Source: Chromera velia
Taxonomy: Eukaryota
DNA length: 64,000 nt
NCBI GenBank assembly: GCA_018398765.1
Contig: JAHBMJ010000388.1
Coordinates: 1 to 64,000 of the forward strand
Direction: 5' to 3'
Positions 1 through 12,930 of the stretch are shown piece by piece. Position 1 is the stretch's first letter, and each line of letters begins with the position of its first letter. The notes beneath the pieces were generated by a model that saw nothing but the letters and a program-made list of their open reading frames with translations, did no database searches and was not told the origin of the DNA. A program made the position numbers and the translations under genes.

Positions 1-980
1 TTTTCCTAGGAAATGTTGTCATTGTATTCATGTGTCGAACATTCATCAGAGTAGGTATGATTCAAATGCGGCCACGCGTAAAGAAACGCCCTTATAAGGT
101 CAGCCGAGCTGAATTGTTGAAGAGTGCGTGACGTTGTACTGTCAGTGTCATTTTCGGAGAGTTTCTTTCAGCATCAGGACTTTCTGCGCAGTCATGCGCA
201 CAAATGCTAGCACAAATGCACTTTGCAAGCTTGTTTCGGCTTCTTTACACCGTCATCATGCAGGCATGCATGCAAGGCGGAAGACACGCCTGAACAGTTC
301 ATCTCAATGTCAGAGAGCTGTGCAAACACAGACATTGAAATGGTTTTCTAGCTTTCAATTTGAAAGCGCATTCTATTCGAACGACCACAAGAGAGTACGA
401 CAGAGCTTCCTATAGTTTGTGTTGGAGAATTGCAGTCACCGTACGTGCATGATGGCATTGCTTCAAGCTAGGCTTCAAGTGCAATGCATCAATGACATGC
501 AATAGAAAAAAATTCTTTCTGATGTCATTGAGTCACAATTCAATCATCTGGCCGCAGATTTCCTTCCAATGGCATCGGATTCCACTTCTGAATCATCACA
601 AGGATGCACACAAATGATGCATAATTGAAATCTATTTTGAAAAAATTCACGATTCATATTGATATCGTGTGTTATTATAATAGTAATAATACCTGGGATT
701 ACCTTAGGAGGTCTGTTGGACTTGATGCAAGCAATCCTTGTGGAGACGTGTGAAGAGGAGGATTTCTGTTCAAAACGCACAATTACAAGCACGTACACAC
801 AAAGAATCGATGTTTTTTGGTACAGTGACTATCGATATGATACTGATAAGTGACGTATAGATACTTGGACCGATCGACAAATGATGCAAAATAAATACTG
901 ATATCGTGTATTATTGATCATAATGCCTGGGATTACCTAGGGGATTACCTTAGGAGGTCTGTTGTACTTGATGCAAGATT
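1..980 (+). repeat. Dispersed multi-block repeat copy 1 (block A 1-~310, block C ~310-980, with internal ~240-bp subrepeat)
   Basis: Block A recurs at 2626-2940, at 8386-8663 and inverted at 7956-8224. Block C recurs at ~6612-7380 and ~8669-9110. Confidence 0.9.
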
Positions 981-2422
981 TTGAACAATTAGTGTCGAAC
1001 GATGTGAAATTCCTTTTCGGAAAGTGCATGCATGGATGTTTCTGAACTTGTGATCGAAGTGAAGTGAGGTGATTGGAGGCTGAGCACTGCCAGCAACGCG
1101 CAGCAAGCGAAGGCGCATTGTACTCCATTTGGAGTCTAGTTTGGACCACATTTCTCCATTGACAAGCGTTTGGCGTCATTTGGTGCTCCTTTGCATGCGA
1201 CCAGCGATTCGTCGGCGATCACATTCAAGACTTAGTTCTATGCGCACTGCCAGGGCGGCCCGGGGCTTGCCGATTCTATCACAATTCATGTTTGTTGTTC
1301 GAGTTCTACCCTAGGTTCTACCATGCAGTCGCCGACTTTGGATAGGAAAGAAATATAATGGCGCCTGGGTGAATGAAAATTTTGTGCGCATTGGTCTTTT
1401 TTAAGCTCGTCCAAAAAAAAAATAATTTTTTCTCCCTAGCCTCCATACCGTAACGTGGTTTTTAGTGCCTGATGTCTTTGCGATTTCCTGTAGAAAGTTA
1501 AAGTACTTGTGCTGGTTCTGTAAATTATGTTTCGCGTCTGAGAATCTTCTCTCACCACAAGCAGTGCCACGAGATCGATTGGCAGAATAATGATTTTAAT
1601 TGAGTCGGAGTCGGTCGCGGTCGGTCGTTGATTGTGCCAGTGTACGCTGGCAGAAACAAATCTATGTTGCTGTCACGCAAAGGCATCTAATTTCGTTTAA
1701 TTGACTGAATGTAGATTTGTTTGCTGTATTGATCTCAAAAAGATACTAATAGCTTAGTCAAGGCCGGTCAAGGCCCTGGATATGTTTCCAGTTTTTTTTT
1801 TAGACGAAAATGATCACCGTCGCAACATAAACTGACTGACTTAAACTTTAACTTCATATATGCAAATATGCAGAGCGATGCAGAAAAGGATGGAAAGCTA
1901 AGCACGTCCAGACGCAGGTCGAGAATGCACATATATCGATATACAATCTGGTGTATGCAGTCATGCAGTTTGCTGTTTGCCTGGCTTTCGATCGAAATAA
2001 TCCTCAGAAGCGTCGATAGTGGTCAACGGTTCATGACGGTTCCATACGCGGCTCCGTCGAAAGGACACAAAGTCGTCTCTAGCTCGACTGAGCTTCTGAA
2101 TCGTCGTGGATCGTCTAGTGGATCGTTGCGAATATGCCCATACTATTCATATACATAGTACAATATGGTAAAGTGCAGAACTTCTACATGATTTTATTGT
2201 ATTTTATTGCTGTCCATATCTGTTCATCCGCTCTCTTAATACAATGACATACAATGATGTTATAGAAGAAACTCAATCCCATTGACAGTGACCGTCAGTG
2301 ATCGAATCAACGTGAATCAACTTAATTGCACGCACAATATTTTTATTAAGAGTTTGTTCAGCAGCTTCAGATATATTCTACATGCACTCGCATGCACTAA
2401 GTCTTTCTGTGAAAACAAATGC

Positions 2423-2940
2423 ATGACATCTGCATAAATTACTACGTTCCTTCTACGCGCTTCTACGCCGGCCTGCACGCGGCCTCTCCCTCTACAGTAC
2501 AGTACACTCATGCGCAATACAGTAACTATATGGGCATTTTTCATCACATGCACCCAATCTGATTCATTGCCCGTTTAATCAATTTGCATATCGATCTGTT
2601 CTGAATCAGCACGTGCGAAGGAACTTTTCCTAGGAAATGTTGTCATTGTATTCATGTGTCGAACATTCATCAGAGTAGGTATGATTCAAATGCGGCCACG
2701 CGTGAAGAAACGCCTTTATAAGGTCAGCCGAGCTGAATTGTTGAAGAGTGCGTGACGTTATACTATCAGTGTCATTTTCGGAGAGTTTCTTTTAGCATCA
2801 AGACTTTCTGCGCCGTCATGCGCACAAATGCTAGCACAAATGCACTTTGCAAGCTTGTTTCGGCTTCTTTACACCGTCATCATGCAGGTATGCATGCAAG
2901 GCAGAAGACACGCCTGACCAGTTCATCTCAATGTCAAAGA
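2423..2940 (+). repeat. Repeat copy (blocks B+A)
   Basis: 2626-2940 is nearly identical to 1-315. 2423-2625 matches 7820-7922 and 8225-8385. Confidence 0.9.
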
Positions 2941-3009
2941 GATGCTAGATACAGGACACTTATTCAAACTGTGTTTGCCTTCGTGCGCATACACACACAC
3001 ACTGTCTTT

Positions 3010-3833
3010 GTATCTCTTTCCTTCCCTCTGTCTTATTCTTGCTTATCCTTTCTTTCTTTCCTTCTTTTTTTTTCTTTTTTTTCTTTCTTTCTTTCTTTCT
3101 GCCTCTCTTTTTGTCTGTCTCTCTTCTATAAATCTTTCTTTCTTTCAATCTTTCTGTCTTTTGCAAAAATGTTGTGTCCTTTTTTCTGTCTTTTACAAAA
3201 AGGCTTTCCTGCACAAAGACGCACACACACACACATAGACACACAGACACACACACACATATATACACGCATACACACACACCCTTACACAAGCAGAGAG
3301 AGACATGTACATACATATACACACACACATACACACACAGAGAGAGAGAGAGAGAGAGACGTTCATCTAGATTATTCAAAGACGGCCATCTAAAAAATGA
3401 TGCATCCGCCTTGCTGCATATACACTCACCAAAAGTATGTTATTTCACTGTGCGGCTATCTCTCACTTTGTTTCCTTCCTTCTTTCATTCTTTCTTTCTT
3501 TCTTACTTTCTTTCTTTCTTCTTTTCTTTCACTGTGACTTCTTTCTGACTCTCAACCTTTCTTTCTTTCTTTCTTTCTTTCTTTCAGACACACACAAAAA
3601 CACATACAACATGCACACACACATACACACACACACACACACACACAAGACACACACACACACACATACATACACACGCTCATATACACCCATACACGCA
3701 CACGCACATACACACACACACATACACACACATACACACAGACATACACATACATACACACGCACACATACACACACACACATGTACACACACACACACA
3801 CATACACACACACACACACACACATACACGCAT

Positions 3834-3868
<35 letters not shown>

Positions 3869-3885
3869 TACGCACATACAGACAG

Positions 3886-3930
<45 letters not shown>

Positions 3931-4080
3931 CACACACACACTCGCACGCGCACACACATACACATATACAGACAGACACACACACAGACACACACACATA
4001 CATATATACACACACACACTAGCACGCGCACATACACACACACATACACACACATACACACACACACACACACAACACGC

Positions 4081-4116
<36 letters not shown>

Positions 4117-4223
4117 GCACGCACACACACACACACATACACACACACACGCTCACATACCCATATGGACGCACAAAGAACATACAAACACACACGCACA
4201 CAAACATACACTTACCCACATAC

Positions 4224-4274
<51 letters not shown>

Positions 4275-4291
4275 TACGCACATACAGACAG

Positions 4292-4324
<33 letters not shown>

Positions 4325-4474
4325 CACACACACACTCGCACGCGCACACACACACACATATACAGACAGACACACACACAGACACACACACATACATATA
4401 TACACACACACACTAGCACGCGCACATACACACACACATACACACACATACACACACACACACACACAACACGC

Positions 4475-4510
<36 letters not shown>

Positions 4511-4756
4511 GCACGCACACACACACACACATACACACACACACGCTCACATACCCATATGGACGCACAAAGAACATACAAACACACACGCACACAAACA
4601 TACACTTACCCACATACCTACACACACACACACACACATACACACAAGCAGAGAGAGACAGACAGAGAGAGAGAGAGAGACGTTCAACAGGGACATTCAA
4701 AGACGGACATCTAGAAAATGCATCCGCTTTGCTGCATAGATACTCACCAAAAGTAC
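3010..4756 (+). repeat. Composite TC/CA/GA microsatellite block, tandemly duplicated
   Basis: Two units, each TC-rich, then CA-rich, then (GA)n, then a shared ~80-bp unique tail (3358-3437 and 4679-4756). An internal ~400-bp duplication has marker CCCATATGGACGCAC at 4160 and 4554. Confidence 0.9.
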
Positions 4757-6611
4757 TATGTGCTAAATCGGGCTAAATCCGGCTAAATCATGGTGTGGCT
4801 TCCGATATGTACGGGCAAAGTTTGCATGAATTTACATGATACCCACATCCAGTATCCCATGAGAACATGCAATGCATTCAGATGGATCTGAATATGATTG
4901 AATTTTGTTTTTTAAAGCTTTAAGTTACCGATCTTCAAGGGATCGATCACCGTTAATCGCCTAGTCGATAACACACCTTGTCCCTAACTGTGTCCTACTT
5001 TTTCCTGCTTTTTCCGTGACGGTCCGAGTCTTTCAAGGATGGAGTACTGCATGTACGGGAAGCAATCATGCAGCGTCATGCAGGCGGAGTGCAGGAAACA
5101 GCATTTCAATCCTTCAAGTTGGTTGATTCAGAGACCGTCAGAGTCATGGACTTATTATTTCATAATGATTCGCACACACCCTCACACGCATGCAAACAGA
5201 AATACAAAGATACACATTCAACTTGAGCATTCGCAGTTTTTACTATTTATACATGAACATCGACATATATTATTGATATAGACTGATCAGTGCTGATCAG
5301 ATTTCGATCGAACCATGCTAGGATATCATAGGAAAGGGGGTGACCGTCCTGGACTAAGGGTTTTGCTTGATTTCTAGCTTGCCACAGTGACTGAGTTTCC
5401 ATAATAATATCGATATCCCAAGTATGAACAAAATGAAAGCCAGTGTCTCAAGCATCGGTGTCAACATAAAAAAGCAACGCAGATTCATTGCATATGCGCT
5501 CGAACATGCAGGTCCCTGGACTGCGGTGAACCTGCATGTTGATAGGCCCAGGAAGTATTGGAAAGCTACAGCGGAAGCTATGTATTTCATCGAAAGAAAC
5601 AAATCGTTTTTGAGCCAAAAAACGCACAAAAAAGAGCGTCGTCATCCTCGTGGAGCTAGTATTTTTGTCATTACTGTGTCTAAAGAATTCTTCCATGCAT
5701 CTGCATAATGTGCTTTTTATCATGTTTGTGCATTCAATTTGGTAGTCATAAATTCTTGAGAGAATTAAAAAAAAAACGATAATACAGCAGCTGGGCTGAG
5801 CATAGACTGGGAAATCAGAAATGTGTTCATCTAAACGGATCCTTCTAGCGTTTTGTCTAGGCGATTTCCTTTGCCCAAAACTCAAAAATAATGTACTGCG
5901 AATCTCTGTAAAACATCGATATCTCTAGATCGATATCTATATAATCGCATGCAAGTTGCTGCTAAGTCTGACTATCGATACACTACATAGGCATCTTCTT
6001 TGAATTCAGAAAGTTTTTGATTTCTAACTTTCGATCAAAACCGTGATCAGCATCTAGATCAGCATTCATTGTAAGTAGAACGGCGTGATAAATCCATGCA
6101 GAAATAAAATCAAAGTACAGAACCTTTTATGAATCATATCTCGACACCACATAATTAATTGCAAATGATCTTTGTGAATCTCAGGTTATCGATAGCAATA
6201 AAATAATCCGAATGAATCGTCATTGATTTTCCTTGAGATTTGCTCTATATGTTGAAACGTGTTGAAAAGTCTCAGAAGGCAGTTCTGTCTTCAAGTATTC
6301 CTGAGAGCTAGCTTGAGAGCCTCGCTAAAGAGCGTGTGAGAAGCGGTAAGAAGATTGCACTTCTCATAGTGGTATAAGATTTAGAAGGTTTAGAATTATT
6401 TTGATACGTCATAAGTACTCAGCATCGTTACATGTTTAGTCGTTTGGAGCTAGGACTGCAAAGACAGCATAAAACATAAATGTGCATACACCGATCTGCC
6501 ATAAAGGCACAGATATTACAAAAGCATAGATGTGTCAAGAAGACAACACGTAAATCTACGCATATTGTCTGCCGCCTGGAAAGCGCTAAAAAGACTAGCT
6601 GAAAACCTAGC

Positions 6612-7380
6612 TGCAAAGACAGACATTGAAATGGTTGTCTAGCTTTCAATTTGAAAGCGCATTCGAACCGATTAGAACGACCACAAGAAAGTACGACAGA
6701 GCTTCCTATAGTTTGTATTGGAGGATGGCAGTCACTGTGCATGATGGCATTGCTTCAATTAAGTGTAATGCATCAATGACATGCAATAAAAAAAAATTCT
6801 TTCTGATGTCATTGAGTTACAGTTCAATCATTTTGCCCCAGATTTCCTTCCAATGGCATTGGATTCCACTTCTGAATCATCACAACGATGCACACAAATG
6901 ATGCATAATTAAAAACTATTTTGAAAAAAATTCACGATTCATATTGATATCGTGTGTTATTAGTAATAATACCTGGGATTACCTTAGGAGGTCTGTTGGA
7001 CTTGATGCAAGCAATCCTTGTGGAGACGTATGAAGAGGAGGATTTCTGTTCAAAACGCACAATTATAAGCACGTACACACAAAGAATCGATGTTTTTTGG
7101 TACAGTAACTATCGATATAATACTGATAAGTGACGTATAGATACTTAGACCGATCGACAAGTGATGCAAAATAAATACTGATATCGTGTATTATTGATCA
7201 TAATGCCTGGAATTACCTAGGGGATTACCTTAGGAGGTCTGTTGTACTTGATATGAGACATGCTTGTCGAGAGGAGGATTTCTCTCTTAAACGTACCATT
7301 ACAGGCACGTACACGCAAAGAATCGGTGTTTGTTGTACTATCGATATGATACTGATAAGTGACGTATAGATACTTGGACC
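6612..7380 (+). repeat. Repeat copy of block C with two ~235-bp tandem subunits
   Basis: Matches ~321-980. GATATCGTGT...GGGATTACCTTAGGAGGTCTGTTG occurs twice (~6947 and ~7180). Confidence 0.9.
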
Positions 7381-7922
7381 GACGTATACACACTCTTAAA
7401 TATTTTTAATTCATATGTATTAACATTAATCTGGTTGTCTCTCCGGTTGTCCACTGCACACAACGTTTTTAGTCGAAAAACATTGTGAACACAAAGAAAC
7501 TCAGTCTCGCTCAGTAATGCACGACATCCTATCACATCTTATCTAAAATACAGGAGTCCAAGGTTTCTCTTTATGACTGACAATTTAAAAGCCAAATATT
7601 TGATCAAAATAGTATCAAGAGTGCATTCTTGTGGATGCACCTTATGAATCAAGCAATTTTTGTCTACAACTTCGTCAATATTGATGAAAACATGCAAATA
7701 TACATGCATGAAAAATAGCTTCATCCATTTTGAAAGATGGCTATATGGGCTCCAGGCAATCTTGGGCCTTTTGAACAACATTAGTGTCAAACGATTTGAA
7801 ATTCCTTTTCAGAAAGTGTATGACATCTGCATAAATTACTACGTTCCTTCTACGCGCTTCTACGCCGGCCTGCACGCGGCCTCTCCCTCTACAGTACAGT
7901 ACACTCATGCGCAATACAGTAA

Positions 7923-7955
7923 NNNNNNNNNNNNNNNNNNNNNNNNNNNNNNNNN
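7923..7955. other. Assembly gap (33 N)
   Basis: Run of n. Confidence 1.
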
Positions 7956-8663
7956 CGCCTTGCATGCATGCCTGCATGATGACGGTGTAAACAAGCCGAA
8001 ACAAGCTTACAAAGTGCATTTGTGCTAGCATTTGTGCGCATGACTGCGCAGAAAGTCCTGATGCTGAAAGAAACTCTCCAAAAATGACACTGACAGTACA
8101 ACGTCACGCACTCTTCAACAATTCAGCTCGGCTGACCTTATAAGGGCGTTTCTTTACGCGTGGCCGCATTTGAATCATACCTACTCTGATGAATGATCGA
8201 CACATGAATACAATGACAACATTTACGCCGGCCTGTACGCGGCCTCTCCCTCTACAGTACAATACACTCATGTGCAATACAGTAACTATATGAGCATTTT
8301 TCATCACATGCACCCAATCTGATTCATTGCCCGTTTAATCAATTTGCATATCGATCTGTTCTGAATCAGCACGTGCGAAGGAACTTTTCCTAGGAAATGT
8401 TGTCATTGTATTCATGTGTCGAACATTCATCAGAGTAGGTATGATTCAAATGCGGCCACGCGTAAAGAAACGCCCTTATAAGGTCAGCCGAGCTGAATTG
8501 TTGAAGAGTGCGTGACGTTGTACTGTCAGTGTCATTTTCGGAGAGTTTCTTTCAGCATCAGGACTTTCTGCGCAGTCATGCGCACAAATGCTAGCACAAA
8601 TGCACTTTGTAAGCTTGTTTCGGCTTGTTTACACCGTCATCATGCAGGCATGCATGCAAGGCG
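7956..8663. repeat. Long inverted repeat: ~269-bp arms, ~170-bp spacer
   Basis: 7956-8224 is the near-perfect reverse complement of 8395-8663. Confidence 0.9.
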
Positions 8664-10137
8664 TGTCTCAGTTCATCTTAATGTCAGAGAGCTGTGCAAA
8701 CACAGACATTGAAATGGTTTTCTAGCTTTCAATTTGAAAGCGCATTCCATTCAAACGACCACAAGAGAGTACGACAGAGCTTCCTATAGTTTGTGTTGGA
8801 GAATTGCAGTCACCGTACGTGCATGATGGCATTGCTTCAAGCTAGGCTTCAAGTGCAATGCATCAATGACATGCAATAGAAAAAAATTCTTTCTGATGTC
8901 ATTGAGTCACAATTCAATCATTTGGCCACAGATTTCCTTCCAATGGCATCCGCTTCTGAATCACGCTCCGCTTTTGGATCACGCTGAATCATCAGAAGCA
9001 TGCACACAAATGATGCACAATGAATATTGCCATCGTATAGGGATTACCTTAGGAGATCTGTTCTACTTGATGCAAGCCATCCTTGTGGAGAGGGGGATTT
9101 CTGTTAAAAACACACCGATCCGCTGTATGTATAAAGGCCCATATGGGTATTGCACAAGCATAGATGTGTTGAAGGGCGCTCAAGGGTTTTTACTAGAGCG
9201 ATGACTGATCGTGCCCCTTTAGGATGCTTAAGAAGCTTTGATACAGAAACTGATGTGGTTCAATAATAAACAGCTTAAACAGCCTTAAAGTTTAAAACAG
9301 GCAAGCGTGAATGCTGATTGAATAAGCAAACAGACAAACCGTCATCTTGATAGTCCTTGTATGAATCCCCCCAGTTATGGTCTCCAAGGCAAATGTAAAC
9401 TCTAGATGTAAACTACTTTCTTGTACAGAAGTTCTTATTCTTTACTCGTATTCCTTAGCTATGATACTTGTTTTGAATCACTGCATAAGCATAAAAGTGT
9501 CGTCTACGCAGTTTTGTTGTTACTACAAGTGAATGAATGAATGAATGAATGGATGAATGACTAAGCTGGTGGAGCCGAGCTCCTGGCAGTCTATGTCATG
9601 CATGTTTTATTATGTCTTTGATTGAGCCTAGCTCTGAAGCAAGAGACTGTAAGCCACTCAACAGCTGAGGATGTGGTCTGCAATCTTAATCAATTCAGAA
9701 AATTCTAGGCAAAAATTAGTACCAACCTGGAGACGGAAAGCATAACCATATAGGAATATACAGGAAAAGACCTAAAAATTATTTAAGCCGAGACCCAGGG
9801 ACCGCTGACTTGGGATTGCCTCAATTGCTATCATCCTAGGCAACGCACATCCTACGGTCTTCTCCTGCCAGGAGTGGGCTGTGGGAGTACGTAGTGCTGA
9901 CGCCTTGTCAGAACCTAAGTCATACTCCCTGTGGTGTAATCTACACCCTTGCAGTCGAAAGACGGTGACCAACAGTGAAGTGCAATGTGTCAAAATCAGC
10001 TGATTGATCAGAAGCCCCGCCTAGGCAGGTGCATGTCGATGCATGATAGCTTCGCGTGCGGACCAAAGCTTTTCAATTATACAAAATTAAAAAAAAAGAA
10101 ATTGAAATCGTTAGTTAATTTTTTTTTATGAATTTTA

Positions 10138-10485
10138 ATGCAACACTATACAACACTTTATGCAACACCATACAATACCCCAAACAACAATACACAACAC
10201 TAAAACAACTAAAAACAACACCATACAACACTAAAATTCTATGCAACATGTGATGTAACACTAGCATATAACACTTAGAATACTATACACTATCTAAAAC
10301 AACATGAAACAAAAGTACAACAACCACATACACTAGCACATACCATATAAAAACAAATGTGATCAAGCATGATATATAGATCAATTTAATTTAACACTGG
10401 ATGAAACACCTAAAGCACCGCTAAGCAACACCTAACAGTCATCAAACAACACCAAACAACACGATACAACACTCCTAGCAACACT
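10138..10485 (+). repeat. Degenerate CAACAC-rich, G-poor tandem array
   Basis: Many CAACAC/AACAAC/CACCATA variants, flanked by similar ~45-bp A/T-tract direct repeats (~10086-10128 and ~10511-10552). Confidence 0.7.
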
Positions 10486-11068
10486 TGGCAGTCTGGGTTT
10501 CAATCGATTCATTGAAAAAAAAAAATGAAATCGTGAGTTATTTTTTTTTTCTTTGTGCGGCGCCTAGCTATCATCTAGTGGAGCCTCGGAAAAACAGTCG
10601 TCAAGTCGCTTTTGGATGTATTTTGGACGCTCTTCACTGCTTCACCAACTTAGGCACCCACTCGTCTGTAAGTGCATGCATAGCACTAGGAAAAAAAGCA
10701 ATTTACAGTGACTCAACTTATTTAGCAAGTTAAAAAGAACCGTCAATAATCAGTAAAAAAAATTGGAATTCTAGTAACCCTACTTTTTGGTTGAAGATTT
10801 TAAAAAATTTTTCGCGTCTATAAGTGTTGCTCTGCAAACAATTTTTTTTGAATCATTTTTTTTTTTTGCGTGCTCCAGCGCTTCGGGCCACTATTAGGCC
10901 TACTAATATGTATAATGAGCAACAGCCGGCAACAGCCATAGCCGGCCGGCTATAGCGCCAGTCATGAACGGTCATAGCAAAAAAAAAGCAGCTTTGCTTA
11001 AGCTTAAAGTTTAGAAAGAAGACAACGTCAGTAGTTGATTGAGCATCTTTTAAGTGTAGGGTTCTACA

Positions 11069-12237
11069 TAGTGACCATGTTTGATTTGATTTGATTTGAT
11101 TTGAGGTAGGGCTTAAGCTCAAATCAAATATCCAGTCACGGAGGACCTAGTGTTTAAAAACCTATCAAATACGATCAAATATTTGATTAATATGACTTTC
11201 AACCTCAAATATGAAGGTCCCGAAAAAACTTTTGCAAGTACCGATCCATCACGCATGCTGATTCAAATGAACAATTTCAGAAAAAACCTAAATCTTGATG
11301 GTTTGCTCTCAAAAAAAAAACGTTTTAAGCTGCACTGAAATTGACGTTTCACGCCTTTTTACTTCATGCAGAGGTAAACCGATCAGCTGAACGTTTTTCT
11401 GAACAGCTGTGTTGACTTTTCTGGTGCTGGAACATCTTTTACGGCCCCCTTTTTGAGCATCTGCAAACATTTTACACCCCGTAAAGACATGTTACACAAT
11501 CCGACAGGGTCGAACGGGAAGAAGGAGGCATTTATTTTTAGAGCCGGGTACGTAAAAAAAATATGGTCCGTGTAAAAGGGGGCAAACATGATTCAGTGTC
11601 AGGGCAAATGTGAAACAGGACGGTTCCAACACCAACAGCAATAACAAACGTGTGCGCGGTTCTCCGTCTCACCCCGTTGTTATCTCTCTGCAATCGAATA
11701 GAAGCCCTGGAGCATCCATTCTTAGAAAGTAGAAAAGCCAGAGAAAAAGCTCTCAGCAGCTCCCACTACCGATCGATTCGATTCACATTGAAGAAAGTGA
11801 TCATGAAGAAGAGGAAAAGGAAGTGCCATAAAGCTGAGTGATTGTCACCTCAATTTTGGTACGTGCTCTAACTTTATCGTATCAACAAAAAGTCATATGC
11901 AATTTCAAATCTATCAATTTTACGTTCTTAATCTCTATTAGTACTAGAGTGAGTCTTAGTAACTAGTATATATACACTGCCACACAGGCATATTTTTTTT
12001 ACGGAACTGATAAGTTACAATTTTATATATATTTTTTTTAATTTTTGAAACACACATCAGAAATGTTCTGATAACTATTGTTATGAGAAAAATGATTAGA
12101 GTGACAGTAAGTCAGTGACTCAGTGAAGAACCCTAAGAGGTTAACCTCAAATCTTACCTCAAATATCAAATATTTGAGGTTGAAGCTCAAATCAAATCAA
12201 ATCAAATCAACTATAATCAAATTAAACATAGTCACTA
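11069..12237. mobile_element. Non-autonomous hAT-type DNA transposon (MITE-like), 1169 bp
   Basis: Left end TAGTGACCATGTTTGATTTGA; right end reverse complement TAGTGACTATGTTTAATTTGA. Exact 8-bp TSD GTTCTACA at 11061-11068 and 12238-12245. Subterminal (TTTGA)n/(TCAAA)n and ACCTCAAAT repeats. No long internal ORF. Confidence 0.85.
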
Positions 12238-12529
12238 GTTCTACAATAGTCAACAATGTCCCCTAGCTCCTCTTAATACCCCTTAATTTACTCTAGCTCT
12301 AGACTCTAGCCGTTATTTCAGTGGCTTTATATGATAAAGGTCTGACAGAGGGACAACAAAACATTGTCTAAGTTTTCAAGTTTGTCTGAGACTCATGCAA
12401 ACGCTCAATAAATGCTCATGATTTGCATGGCTTAAAGACCAATTAATGATCATAACAATAATAATGCTGAAAAGAAGACTTAGTTTGTATGATTTTGTAT
12501 GCTTGAAAAAAACTCTATCAAAATTTCCC

Positions 12530-12930
12530 TTACAAAGGCGAGTATCGAGTCTTTTTGCCGCGATCTCCCCCGTCGAAGGTAGCTTCTTCATCACCCAACT
12601 CGCTCTCCTCTCCGTTGTCTTCGTCTTCAGCCGCATCCGTACCTTCGAGATCGGTGCCATCTTGGAGGTCTTCAAGCAATGCGAACTTCGTTCGCTCGAG
12701 AGTTCCTGTGTCATCAGGCACATGGTCTTCCTCCAAACCCTGCAAGCTTGATTCACGCAGCATCGATGAGATGAATATCGAAACTAGTATCCACATTTGA
12801 AGAAGGGAAGTGATTCTTATTCTAGCGCACTTCACGTGTGGAAAAATGAGTGGGAAGTGTCTCCAAAGCTTCTTCAACAACTGATACTACGAGCGGGACT
12901 GCTCTACAGGCCAATGCTATAAAAAGCTGA
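12530..12930 (-). pseudogene. Possible degenerate hAT transposase C-terminal (dimerisation) remnant with acidic tail
   Basis: Allowing frameshifts it reads LFIALACRAVP..SVVE(R)SFG...KNHFPSSNVD, resembling LA...P.SS..ER.FS...RNRL. An acidic stretch (DAAEDEDNGEESELGDEE) follows. It needs frameshifts and is weak. Confidence 0.25.

Noticed and set aside
128..415. ORF MTLYCQCHF repeated at 2752, 7889 and 8512
   Set aside because: GTG start, variable ends and no protein motif; a by-product of the DNA repeat.
928..955. GGGATTACCTAGGGATTACCTTAGG as telomeric repeat
   Set aside because: Only two units and does not match TTTAGGG/TTCAGGG arrays.
3437..4714. 425-aa His/Thr-rich ORF and overlapping Cys/Val ORFs
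   Set aside because: Translation of a CA microsatellite; open only because the repeat lacks stops.
9890..9970. Hammerhead ribozyme or structured RNA near GTCGAAAGAC hairpin
   Set aside because: No CUGANGA core or supporting stems; a single short GNRA hairpin.
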